A stretch of DNA of 64,000 nt. Source: Podarcis liolepis (Eukaryota). Both the position numbers and the translations under genes were made by a program. Position 1 is the first letter of the stretch. Each line of letters starts with the position of its first letter. The stretch lies in assembly GCA_965112155.1 (NCBI GenBank), contig OZ218101.1; one strand, given 5' to 3'. Shown here piece by piece: positions 26,783 through 39,233 of the stretch. The notes beneath the pieces are model-generated. The model was not told the origin of the DNA. It worked only from the letters and a program-made list of their open reading frames with translations, and did not search any database.

Positions 26783-29305
26783 TATTATTAAAGTAGACAT
26801 CTAAAAAAAATAGAGACAATAAACAAAAATATGGATATTTCAGTAACCTTTACTTAGAAACGGTGTTTAAAATACCGAGTAACCATTTCATAACGATGGA
26901 ATTAGAAATTAATTACATATAAGGATGACCCACTTTTTCTAATAACCAAGCACAAGAAGCATTTAATCCTCCTCAGAGAGACTCTTATTTTTATCCTTTT
27001 TGACAGCTTGGTCTAGATTAACCACAGGGGCTGTGTCAGTCTAATACTGACATTTGCACAGTAGTGAAATGAGGCTTGCTATGTATTGGTAGCCAGTCAT
27101 CCCAAAAGCAACCTCTTGGAATCTCTCTTCCCACCCACCTACCCTATTTAACTCCCACGCTCCTTTGCTGTGGCTAAATTATATAGATAGATAGGCAGGT
27201 ATATAGACCATGTTCCAATGGGTCTCTCTAAAATCTCCTCTCTAAGTGTGTTCCAGTGAACTGGGAAATTATTTTATGATGTTGGGAATTGCCCCAGTTC
27301 AGTGAATGATAAAGAACAGAACAAAGCCCTCAGCCTTCAGATGGCTGAAGATAGGCTGAATACTGGGAGTAGAGATATTAGGATGATGCAAGATTTAGCA
27401 TTTCAGACTTGGTATCTAATAGGCTTTCAGGAAGTCACACAAGACCAGACTGCTTCCTTGTGTACCTCTTTGCAGTGGTGCAGTGGACTGGGTGGACTTA
27501 TTGGGAAAATGGAGAAGCTCAGTTATGGGCCCTCCTCATTCTTCTGAGTGGGACTCACGGGTTCTGTCCCAAAGGCCTGCGCTGATGACACCACTCCATC
27601 TTCTCTGTGAGAAAGGGTTATGTCCTGTACTTTTCATGTCACACTATAGCATATGTATAAGCATAAGTTTGATTTTTGTGGGTGGGCAGAAGTGAAAAGC
27701 ATATTCCAATATATGTGAATTATTATTCATAAGCCAGTATGCTGAGCAGACTCTCCCATCAGCCAGCGACCATTCACAATTTTCCAGCATTCAGAAAGCT
27801 CTTTGCTCCAAGTGGTGTGATTGTTCAGTCCCATTTCAAAGGGAGCTCTGCCTAGGGAGCAGCTGTACCACTTAGCTTTGCTCAGAGCATCCAATCAGAT
27901 TTGTAAGACATTCTCCTTGATCCGCTAGCTGGGGTGCTTGTTTTCTCTCCCCACTTCCTATCCCATGGAAGTGCTCTATGAACTACTTTGCATATATTTT
28001 AAGAATATGTAATTCGACGTTCTGAAACTACCCTCTAGCCAGAAAGAGATGGAAATTTGACAGCTTTTAACAGGCACCTACTTTGGGGAATAATAGTAAA
28101 GTGATAATCTGAAGAGATATCAAAAACGAATTGTCGTATTTCAATACATCTATATTTAGTACTTCCCCTCTGAATTTTCAGGGGCAATCATCGTTCCATT
28201 GGAGGTGGTTTTTCTCCTCTCACTTTTTTTGGGGTGGGGGTGGGGAATCTTTTGTTCATTTAAAAGAGAACATCATATTCTGCAGCTGTTGAACATTGAT
28301 AAGATGCAGGAAATATTTTGAAATGGCAACCAAAATGCTTTATTTTATCTGTTTGTTATTCCAGACCTTTGCATATGATAGAAAAAAGTCCCATGCAGTC
28401 GAATGGTGACTATTCCTAAGCAATGTTTAGGTACTTTATGCCTCAGTTCTGATATACCATAGGCACACAAATTAGGTTGTTCCGATTTAACATAGCAATT
28501 AGAAACTGATGGTCATCATCCAGTATTGGGCTTGGATCCAAAGAAACATTAACAGAACTCAGCTCATGCAGTAGAGTCTTCCTATCACTTCTTCTTTATT
28601 GCACCCCCTGTACCTCTGTACCTGCCAAAGATATGCCTGAGGGTCAGGGGATCATGCCATTTTAAGCAACAGCAAAACCTATTATCAGCAAAGGCCATCT
28701 TAACAAAAAAGTTGGCTTTTTGCATTTTCATTCTCAGTGAGTATATATTATCTTTTCAACTAAAAATATTTAATTTATTAAAATAGATTTAAAAACTTAA
28801 GCACATGTTTCAGTCTCTCACACTGACCATAATTAAGGGTTAGAAATGCTGCATTGTTTCCAATAAATATATTTAATCACTTTGTATATAAAACTTACAT
28901 GTATGTAATTTTATTTTGTAACATATGTTTTTAAACTGCTGATTTAATTAATATTTTGAAATTTTTTAATGTCAAATTGGTTCTTTATAAACTTTTACCG
29001 AGGATTAAATGTACATTTTCTGCTCCGTGTAACTGCTTAGAGGTTTTTGCAGTTAAGTAGTATATATATAATGTTAAATAAATAACGTAACAATTAAGTT
29101 TTAAAAGAGTAATCACTGGGTCAGTCAGATAAATTAAATAGGGATTTTTTACATGGGGCAGTGAATAACTTCATTGATTTTGAAATGGAGCTTCTTTTAT
29201 ATTTAGGCAAAAGAATGGTACTAGAATTATTCAAAAAGTATGCAATAACTATATTGAGACATCATTTCTCCACAATGTTTGCTTTTCTTTACTGTGTTAA
29301 TACAG

Positions 29306-29750
29306 GATGTGAATGCAGGCGAAGGGAGTGAATTTGCGGACAGTGGGATTGAGGGGGCAACGACTGACACGGACCTTCTTTCCAGACGCTCCAATGCCAC
29401 AAACTCCAGCTACTCTCCAACGACCAGCCGCGCCTTTGCTGGCAGCGACAGCGGCAGCTCTTCCACTGGAGATGGGGCTCGTCAGGGAGTCTATGAGAAC
29501 TTCCGGAGGGAGTTGGAGATGAGTAGCACCAATGATAACCTGGATGAAGCTGGATCTGCCCTGAGCGATGAGCAGAGCAGTGGGACTTTGAGTTCCCCAG
29601 GACAGTCGGACATACTTCTTACAGCAGGCCAGGGGACGGTACGGAAAGCAGGAGCGCTTGCAGTGAAGAACTTTCTTGTACACAAAAAGAACAAGAAGGT
29701 GGAGTTAGCCGCACGGAGGAAATGGAAGCAGTACTGGGTTTCTTTAAAAG
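29306..29750 (+). CDS. TIAM1: TIAM1 coding exon 2 (PEST/degron region and start of N-terminal PH domain)
   Basis: DVNAGEGSEFADSGIEGATTDTDLLS...GVYENFRRELE...VRKAGALAVKNFLVHKKNKKVE...KWKQYWVSLKG. tacag| acceptor, AAG|gtactg donor; 445 nt. Confidence 0.97.
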
Positions 29751-31494
29751 GTACTGTGAACACACCCTTATTTTCTTAAGAGATCAGAGAGTACAGCAAC
29801 TATTTGGTGGCAGTGAAGATCTTGTGTTACTTAAGCAGCTTACTTATTGGGTGGGTCACAATATTCTGAAAGTGCAGTATAAGATGAAATCTATTAAAAT
29901 AACTCTGCAAAAGGCTTGTTGCACAACTAGGCGTTACTTTTTTATGTAACACAGTTTTTTAAAACAAGTCCAGTTTCGCACCCCAGTTTTAGGCAGGAAG
30001 CTCAGGAAGTGGTCTTAGGTCTGCCTCTTATGGAAACATGTACAAAAGAGTAGTTCTGGGGCTAAAATGTTACTTGGAGTTCCCTGGAGTAAAGAGAAGA
30101 TACAAATATGACATGCAAAAAACCAAGACCCAAAATATGCCTGTCACACATGCCAATGCTCCTTCTTGTGAAGAGCTATTTGTACAGGGGTTAGTACAGG
30201 TGGACAGACAGTAAAATATAATGGGAACTGGCAAGATATAACATGAAGCTTCTCTAAGCATGTCTTTATTTCCACTGGCTATTTATTTTCCCTGCTTTTG
30301 CTACAAGCATAATTTCAAACCCACCAGAATTCTTCATCCACTTTGATCTGCGGATGAAAGTGAAAGTTAGAAACCAATCTGTGACGGCAGTCCTTTAAAG
30401 TCAATGCTTTGGCTGTTCATCTATGGCCATTTGGCTCTTCATATAGGGCCAGTGTGCCTGGCAAGTGTAGCCTAGGTGAGATGGTTCTGAATCTGCTCAT
30501 ATGAAATGTAGGTATTCTTCTTGCGGTTTTGCCTCTGCTTCTCCGCTTAAGATGGAACATGTATTTGAAAATGTTAGGGCTTGGAAATAGGAGTGTGAGA
30601 ACCACAGTTCTGAAAAGTCTTATCTACTCCCTTAAACAGGCTGAGAAAACTGAGGACAAGCTGTTACCTAAATAGGTTTCCTTGATCTGTTTGGGACGAT
30701 TCCTTCCAAATCAAAATACATTTTCTAATTCTATCTATTTAAGAATTGAGACCAAAGTAAAACAAAAAACGAACTCTGAGCAAAGCATATCAAAAGGGGG
30801 AAGTCACATTACAACCAAGTTCTGTTTTATATTGTTCAGAAAGGTCACAAAAGAGCGCAAGGTTACATGCTGAGTCCAAGGAATAAAAGGTGGGCCTTGT
30901 GATTTCACTATTATTCCTTTTGGTAATGAGCATTGCCTGGAGCAGCAGTTTGTAGGAGCTGAATGCATGTAACATTGCAACTGAGGTCAGGGAAATAGAT
31001 CAGAGACTTACCATGGCTGACTGAGCAAAGGAAGAGGCCATAATCATCCCAGTCCAGGCAGCATGATGGGAGAGTGTGATGGTGTGGTGCAAATAAACAA
31101 AGAGCCATCTGGAAGGAAAGAAAGGGGGAAGGAGGAACATAAAAGAGGTGTTACTTTAAAGTGTGACTTACACTGATTGTTTGTTTCTTGGATTACCAAG
31201 GCTTAATAACGTTCTAATAATGTTTGTATTTAGGCTTTGAAGTTAACATCTGCTGTGTCTTGCTGAAAAGTACTTTTTGCTGAAAATATTGTATCTGTCG
31301 GTCTTGGGTTAACATGGTAACCGCAGATTACTTGACAGCAGAAAATCTATGTAGAATTTTAAAACCAAACAAAATGAGAATTTTGTGTTAGGCAACCAGA
31401 GTGATGTTTATTATATTTACATGATAAAGCATGAATGCTTTCAGTGCAATCCTATACATATCTATTCAAAACAAATTCCACTGAGTGCAGCGTT

Positions 31495-31612
31495 TCGGGA
31501 GGTTTTTAATGCTTGATGTTTTTATTATGTTTTTAAACATGCTGTAAACTGCCCAGAGAGGCTGGGGAAACCCAACCAGATGGGCAGGGTATAAAGCATC
31601 ATCATCATCATT
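31495..31612 (+). mobile_element. L2-type 3' end fragment with (CAT)n tail
   Basis: gtaaactgcccagagaggctggggaaacccaaccagatgggcagggtataaa plus catcatcat; splits a short foldback repeat. Confidence 0.65.
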
Positions 31613-33625
31613 CTCAGTGGTACAGAATAGTAGGTGCAGGATTGCAACCTCAATTCTGTCCTTCCAAGTTTTACAATTCTACCTTAACTCTAAGTAACTA
31701 TTAGTTTCTGTGTTGATAACAACACATTGATCACCAGATAAAATATTCTAATAGAATGGAAACCTTATGGGTTGTTTTCTGCTGCCTTTTAATAAAATGA
31801 GCTCAGATTTATTTTTTCAGAAAATTTCTCAAAGTTCATTTCTCAAAGTTTGGACTTTATCAGTTAGTATCATCCCCTCCACTCAAATAGAATATATTTA
31901 CTTTTACACATCTAATGTACAATTGATGCAAGAAATGTTTTTCAGACCAGACCATAGTTTTTAAACATCAATGTATTTGCATGCTAACTTCCCCCTTTTC
32001 ATAGGCTGATGCATAAAAACCAATATGTTAAATTGTGCCTATGGGTAAAGGCTGACATGAATTTGGGTTCATATGTAAAAGTGCAACTCAATGTATCATT
32101 TCCTGCATGTGAAAAAGTGGGTTGTACTCCAGAAAATCCAAAGTAAATTTGTTAGCCTTTAAGGACTCCTTAAAAATTATTTACATGCTGACTGTTTATT
32201 CACCTCCATAAAACATTGTAACTGGCATCAGTTGTATTTTAGCTTTTTAAATCATTAAAACCAATCATTTTCAGGTCTGTTTCTCCTTAACAACTGGTTT
32301 TACTTTCACTTAGTATTGGCCTGTTACTTTCACAAATTTATTTGCAATTTGACCTGCCTTTAACCCCCATAGCCCCCTGGGAGGAGCTGAGTTTATAATG
32401 CCAGTCCACCATGGACCCACAGAAGAATTAACCTGCATCAACCATTATATAGATTGATTGAGGCTATACTCATATTGCCAAAGGCATTGTAGGGGCAATA
32501 TAAATTTGACCATATGAAATTTTGAAACCATGCTAGGACAAAAGGAAAGTTCCTTTCCATATCTCCATCTCCTTATGACGGCTTCATACATTATAGCAGT
32601 AGCATGTTTGCTTCTGTGTCATGGAGCTGCTTGTAGATCAAGACCAGAAATGTCATGTTGAAAATAAAACCTTTGGTTCCTCGAGTCTCAGAATTGCTTT
32701 TGAGTCACACAAAAGTACTTTGAAGGTTGAAGGGTTGCACATGAACCAGTCTAGACCTCAGGAAGTACTGGCAGGGGTGTGTTTGAGGATAATATATGTT
32801 GTAGTTTTATTATTGTCTAGGCTAGTTGTAACGTTACTTTTGTTAGAGATCCGGAGTCTCCTGGCCAGAGAGATTTTTAAAATTCGTTTATTTTAAATTT
32901 CAAACCAGTGCTAAGGAAAAAATGCATACCTGAAGAACAATATCAGGTTTGAAGGACCACAACTTTTTAGCAATTAGCTGACACAAATATATTCAGCATT
33001 TATAAAACATATATAAGTGTATATAAAACATACTACTTTCTGGAGCATGCTGTACAAATGAGTACTGTGATTAAGGAATTTCAACTGTCTGAGCTCTCTT
33101 GAGAAAGAGACACGTAGAGAAACCCATGATATGTGTGAAAAACAGTCACAAAAGGTCACAGATTATAAATTGCCTATGCAATGTTGTATCACGCTAAAGC
33201 ATTCTTTTTCTGGAATCATCATCATTTTCCCTGTTTCTGTTGTTCAGGCTGAGAGTGCTGTTTGCTAATTGGGCCCAACACACAAGATGGGTTGTAGCAA
33301 GAGTCTCAAGGTTTGCATAAATACAAAAAAAGCAAGGGGGAAACCTTTAGAGAGACCTCAGCAGCCACAGCATGCTGATTAAGTCTTGGAGATGGGGATA
33401 GGAACCCAGGTGAAATGGAATGAGGTATTATGGAGGAAGGCGTGAATGGTTGAAAGCAGCACTCCACACTGTTGCAGGTTCCATATGTGTTAAGATTTTT
33501 GATTTTTGGAAATATTGACATTGTATAGCTTGTAAACATGAAACTCAGTGCTAAGCTTGATACAGAATTGCAGTGTTATCTTGTTCAGGTGTGCAGTTTC
33601 CTAATACTTTGCTGTTTTTCTTAAG

Positions 33626-33798
33626 GATGCACATTATTCTTCTACGAAAGTGATGGCAGATCTGGAATAGACCACAACAGCATCCCAAAACATGCTGTCT
33701 GGGTGGAAAACAGCATAGTGCAAGCAGTGCCTGAGCACCCAAAGAAAGACTATGTTTTCTGCCTCAGCAATTCCCTTGGTGATGCTTTTCTGTTTCAG
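33626..33798 (+). CDS. TIAM1: TIAM1 coding exon 3 (PH domain)
   Basis: (G)CTLFFYESDGRSGIDHNSIPKHAVWVENSIVQAVPEHPKKDYVFCLSNSLGDAFLFQ. ttaag| and CAG|gtttgt; 173 nt, restores phase 0. Confidence 0.96.
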
Positions 33799-34274
33799 GT
33801 TTGTTCTGTCCTTGGTTCATTACATAATTGTTTTCTTTCTTTGCACTTCCTTCAGGCAAAGACCCAAATGGTGTCCCAGCAGCTGAAAGATGGCACCTTC
33901 ACACCTGATTATTTAGCGGCCTAATTATTTTATCAGCGGGTAGTCTTTGCTTTTGTGGCAGGTTCCAATACACTTCAGTGTCAAGATGCAACCAAATGGC
34001 TTTGTGACTTTCTTCAGCTTGGAGTTGATAAAGAGCTGCTTCCAGTTTCTTAGGGAGGCCAGACTCTGTTATGTAGAGCAGTCACTATGTTGTGACATAT
34101 TTGGGGCACCGTCTTCTGCCACAAGGAAATAATATCTAGGATCTAAAGGGAGATGTGTAAAACGTGCAGTTAATATATTTAGGGTTGAGTAGATCTGGGG
34201 GAAATATACTTCACAGACCAATAATTCTTTATGTTGCAGATCAGGGTATAGAACACTGTGCTTCTCAGCGCAAA

Positions 34275-34355
34275 CTAGGAACATAGGAAGCAGCCTTATA
34301 CAGAGCCAGACCACTGGTACATCTATACTTTCTCCACCATTGTTCTTTATTGACA
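34275..34355 (-). mobile_element. Squam3-like SINE 3' fragment
   Basis: taggaacataggaagcagccttatacagagccagaccactggtacatcta. Confidence 0.6.
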
Positions 34356-36401
34356 CTTAGATACTGGATATTGGCAAACAAGTCCTAATCTCTAAATGCA
34401 CAGGGGCTACAAAGCCTCAGAGTTATGCTTTTGCCTTCTGTCTATCTTTTTTAAAAAATTAATCTGTCTGCCTTATGTTTATTTTCCTATATGCAGCGAA
34501 TGAGAGTACCATAATTTACATTAAAGGGGGGGGTTTCCTTCATGCATGAAGTGCTTTTTCCAAACTGGAGTGGCTCACTTGGTTGGGCTGGGGGGTAGTA
34601 CAAGAACATATGGAAACAGCATTAGTGTAATAGACCATGAAGACCCTCCCCAATCGTATCTACATACTTAGACTGCTGCAAAATTGTACAGATGCATTTT
34701 GTTTAGGAAACCTCGATTCTCAGAAAATAAATGTGGAAGGGGCAGAAAGGTCGCATGGAGTGCATGGCTTTTATGGCAACATAGACCCTTATTTATTGCA
34801 AGTTCCATGCTGAGACATCAGCTTAGGTTTTCCAGTAACCTCGCATGGGAAAGAGCACAAAATGAACTTCTTTTTTTTTGGAAAAAGAATGAATTAGTGG
34901 GTTCTTTTCTTTTGAATTGTAAAGCTATTTGTTTGCAGTGTGTTGGAGCCCTTCTGAATCTAAAGGATTTTGAGGCTGAAACACGAGATGGATGAGAGGG
35001 GAGGAAGAACAATTGGACATAATTATGGAAATAATTGGCAAGTTACTGTAGCCTACAAGCTTGATGTGTTGTTCAGAGAACTGCTAGAGCATGTACATCA
35101 TTTGAGCTAGCAATAATATAGCCTAGCCCACATAATTCATGTACATTTAGAGTAACATGCAAACAGAATAAATAAGTTTATTTACTGGGAATTGCTGTTT
35201 AGAATTTTCTGTGTACAAGTTCTTGATGGTTTTTTTTATCTCATTTACCACTCTCTGCGTTCAGTAGAAACTGCTGATGTAACTGAATTCAAAACGATGA
35301 CGACAACGGCAACAACATTAATAATGGTCTTTCAGTCCTGCCAAAAGATATTTTTCATTGTAATCCTGTTCTTGCATTTTTGCATCCAAACATGCCACAC
35401 GCCTGCTACTAATTTCCTCCTCAGCCAGGCAGCTGTGATGAGGCCTACACAGAGCCATTAAATTTGAAAGTCCCTTGGTGTTGCCAGATGCTTACCGCAT
35501 CTTAAAATTGCATGCTCGTATTTCAGGTGTGTGCAGTTTCTTTGTAGGCTTTCACCTTTTCTTTGGAAGGAGAGTGGCCTTCTTATTTCCAGACTTGCTG
35601 TGTAAATCTGGCCTCCTACATCTCCCCGCTCCCCAGTGCAACTTAACATAATAATAATAATGTCCCCTTTGTGTGACCACCCAGGCAAAACATTGCCGTA
35701 ACCAAAGACTGGTTTTTTTGAGGTGGAAATCCATTATAATATTAACTTCACTCCCAGGTTTCTGTACATTTAGAATCAGGATTGTTCTGTCTGATTTCCA
35801 CAGCTAAAAGAGCTGTTGTTACTATCCAGCTTGGTAGCATTGCTTGGTGAGCAAGAGTATTTTGCCTTTTGGCTCAAAATCTAGTTGCTTTCTCTTTGAT
35901 GTGAGCTGCTCTGTTCATTGCTAGTTTCCCTCTTCAGCTGCAAAGCATTGGTAGTCTCACAGAGGTATTGTGGGGCTATAATAATTAATGATTATAAGCT
36001 TTCTCAGCAACAAAGCACTATAGTTTTCATTACGTTTACGATATCAGTGGGCACCATGTACATTAATTATTTTATGAATTGTAGCGGACTAGCCGTGTAA
36101 TTATTACGCTATAAAATATACAGGCATGCTTTCTGGTTACCTCAAGGTCTAAATCATTGTGCTCAAGGATGAGCTGAATATTATTGTAGCATTTGCGATG
36201 GGATAAAAAGCCATTGCTAGGGAACCTTCTGCACCCCAAAAGCACTGGTGGAAGATTTTGATTCTAATGCTGATTTCAAAAGGGCAAATTAAGAGTAGAA
36301 TGCCTCTTCATCACATGTCTCATAAGTGAGATGAATAGAAGTGGAATCATTTCAAACCCAGCATGTTTTAACCAACAGGATTCTACTTCTCTGTTTTTTA
36401 G

Positions 36402-36635
36402 ACTTCTAGTCAAACGGAACTGGAGAACTGGATTACAGCAGTTCATTCTGCTTGCGCGACTGCAGTGGCCCGACAGCACCACAAAGAAGACACTGTCAAG
36501 CTGTTGAAAACAGAGATTAAAAAACTGGAGCAGAAGATTGATATGGACGAGAAGATGAAGAAAATGGGGGAAATGCATTTCCTCAGTTTGTCTTCTGTCA
36601 GAGACTCCAAGAAGAAGAAGACAATTCTTGATCAG
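36402..36635 (+). CDS. TIAM1: TIAM1 coding exon 4 (end of PH plus coiled coil)
   Basis: TSSQTELENWITAVHSACATAVARQHHKEDTVKLLKTEIKKLEQKIDMDEKMKKMGEMHFLSLSSVRDSKKKKTILDQ. ttttag| and CAG|gtaacc; 234 nt. Confidence 0.96.
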
Positions 36636-37066
36636 GTAACCTCACTTGCATGCATTAAATATATGACTATAAAATAAAATTCAGGTGTCCACAAGTGTCT
36701 GCTACAGTTATTGTCCTACTTTAAATAAAATTGTTTTTATTAAATATTTTGAATTTTATAAATCCTAAAAACATAACACCAGAATAAACAACACGGTAGT
36801 AACAGAGCGATTGTGATGATCTTAAGTAGCTGGTGTAAAACTGAGGATCCATTGGACTTTCTGCTTTCTTTTTCAATTGTGTTGCTTGCGTGGTCATTGC
36901 TAATGTGGCTTCAGAAGCTTCATATATTTCTTCCCCCGTGGAGCATTGCATCTGGTCGTCTTCTGTACCTTATACTTCCAGTTTGAATTTGGCAACGTTC
37001 AGCTGACTTGACCAAAAGAAAATTTACTGTCTTACTCTTGCAGTGGCCATTTGTAGCTGTAAGCAA

Positions 37067-37884
37067 GGGAACATAGGAACCTGCATTTACTGAGTCAAAC
37101 CCATGGTTGGTCTTCTTCTTCGGCAATTGCTCGTAGCTGAGTAAGATTGTCTTTCATGAACATGGTCTTAACAGTGAGTCCATAAGTGACTGTGGAGGCC
37201 AATTCTGGATCCATATGCCCTTCCACAGTGGTGGTTTTCAGGCAGGAGTTGATCACGGTGAGGGTTTGCCAAGCGTGCCTTCCTCTTAGCACGTTTCTCC
37301 CTTTCGTCCTGAGTTCAAGCGTCTTTAAAGCCCATTGCACCTTTGGCACAGGCTGTTCTCCAGTTGGAACACTAGCAGGCCAGTGTTTCCCAGTTGTCTG
37401 TGTTTATTCTGCATTTTTTTAGATTTGCCTTGAGAGAGAGTCTTTAAACCTCTTGTGTTGACCACCAGCATTACACTTTCCATTTTTAAGTTCTGAATAG
37501 AGTAGTTGCTTTGGAAGACGATAATCAGCCATCCGCACAACATGACCAGTCCAACAGAGTTGATGTGGGTTTTTTTTAATTGCACATAATTCCTTTATTT
37601 TACTGAGATTAGGGCAAATGCAGCCATTGTACAGGCAGGGATACCACATACGGCTGTGGGGCAGAAAAGCTACACATGACGAAGTTGATGTTGAAGAATC
37701 ATTGCTTTTGACACTGGTGATCTTTGCTTCTTCCAGTACACTGGCATTAGTTCGCCTGTCTTCCCAAGTGATGTCTACACTGACTGGCAGCAGGGAGATC
37801 TCCCCACCCTACCTGGGGATGCCAGCAATTGAAACTGGTACCTTCTGCATGCACTGCAGATGCTCTCCTACTGAGCTACATCCT
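37067..37884 (-). mobile_element. Squam3-like SINE split by an RTE LINE (SINE parts 37067-37110 and 37773-37884)
   Basis: 3' part ggaacataggaacctgc...tgagtcaaac; 5' part tgtctacactgactggcagc...accttctgcatgc...atgctctcctactgagctac (tRNA-like head on the minus strand). Confidence 0.75.
37111..37772 (-). mobile_element. RTE-clade LINE 3' fragment
   Basis: Minus strand encodes WEDRRTNASVLEEAKITS and HQLCWTGHVVRMADYRLPKQLLYSELKNGKCNAGGQHKRFKDSL; (GAA)n tail at 37111-37121. Confidence 0.88.
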
Positions 37885-37887
37885 TGT

Positions 37888-38052
37888 CTAAAAGCAGGTT
37901 AAACAAATTCTTTGAGGATATCAATGACTGCTAATCACAATGGCTATGTATCTCCTCCTGCTTCAGAGGCCCTATGTCTCTGAAACTTAGTCGCTAAGGA
38001 ACACAAGTGGAAAAATGCTATTGCATTCATGTCCTGCTTGTGGGCTTCTCAT
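37888..38052 (+). mobile_element. CR1 LINE 3' end remnant
   Basis: aaaagcaggttaaacaaattctttgaggat...atggctatg...tgctattgcattcatgtcctgcttgtgggc; parallels 17000-17120. Confidence 0.55.
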
Positions 38053-38773
38053 GGTGTGATACTTACTAAGGAGCAGGCCCCACTGAGTTCACCAAGCCTT
38101 ACTTCTGAGTAAGTGTACTTACGATTGCAGTGTTAATCATGGAAAGGAACATATGGAGCCCCCTTTGCTGAGCTGCAGCAGCTCTTTAACCAGGCCTCTA
38201 AATGTTACTAGAATGTTAACCAAAGAAAAACTATGCAGTATTATGGAGATTTCTATCCTTTTCAAAGTGTTCCCTACTAGCAATCTGCACGGCACAGGCT
38301 GATGGTGGCATTCTGCTCTGCATCTGACAGATGTTAATGTATTCCCCAGTGTGCTTTATTCATTTTCTTTAGTACAATGACAAACTTCATTGCTTTTTAA
38401 GCTGCTGCTGCTGCTGACAGCCTAGGGATTTTTATTTTTTTTGCTGTAGTTCTGGTGTCTTCATACCTCTATTGTGTTTCAGGAAAACACTCTCTCGGTG
38501 AGAGGAGAATCCAGCTGCAATAAAGAGGAAATTAAAGCAGAATTTTAATGTTATTAGCATCGTATCAAAGTAATAGTTGTATTTGGATGTCTCCCCCTTT
38601 GAAAATAAAGATATTTACTTTGCTCCAACTTAGATCTAAATCCCCCTTATACATATAATAAATTTGGACAGTGAAAGACAATTTTATAAAATCTGGTATC
38701 TATACTTGTGTGTTATTATAGCGTATCATATGGACTTTAATGTTTACTTACCTCTGTGATCTTCTTCTTCTAG

Positions 38774-38959
38774 ATCTTCGTTTGGGAACAAAACCTGGAA
38801 CAATTCCAAATGGATCTCTTTCGGTATCGTTGCTACTTAGCTAGCCTCCAGGGCGGGGAACTGCCAAATCCAAAAACGTTGCTCGCATTTGCAAGTCGCC
38901 CAACTAAAGATGCAATGGGCCGTCTTGGAATCTTTTCAGTGTCTTCTTTTCATGCACTG
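38774..38959 (+). CDS. TIAM1: TIAM1 coding exon 5 (CC-Ex)
   Basis: [62 protein letters not shown], translated by hand (not in the ORF track). ttctag| and CTG|gtgagt; 186 nt. Confidence 0.96.
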
Positions 38960-39186
38960 GTGAGTTTAAACTGATGCCAGAGGTTATTGTTGCTAAAATA
39001 GAAATCACTTGGTGCTTTTGTAAGAAGGTTAACTGAGTGTTGTTGCTGTGCAGCCTCTGTACATCTTGGTGATATAAGTTTGTGCTTGGTCTCTTTTGCT
39101 GTCAGCAAAAAATATGTCTGTCTCCAAATATTTTTAGCATTTTGGGGGTGAAAAATTTGAATCAGTCTTAACATCTCAGAGATAAA

Positions 39187-39233
<47 letters not shown>
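39187..39233. repeat. (ATT)n microsatellite
   Basis: Read directly; explains the poly-Asn ORF at 38950-39240. Confidence 0.95.

Noticed and set aside
27257-27301. Short hairpin tgaactgggaaatt / aattgccccagttca as a possible pre-miRNA
   Set aside because: The stem is too short and imperfect, and I recognise no known miRNA.
29297-29763. Antisense ORFs over exon 2 (also over exons 3, 4 and 11)
   Set aside because: These are shadow ORFs caused by the codon structure of the sense exons.
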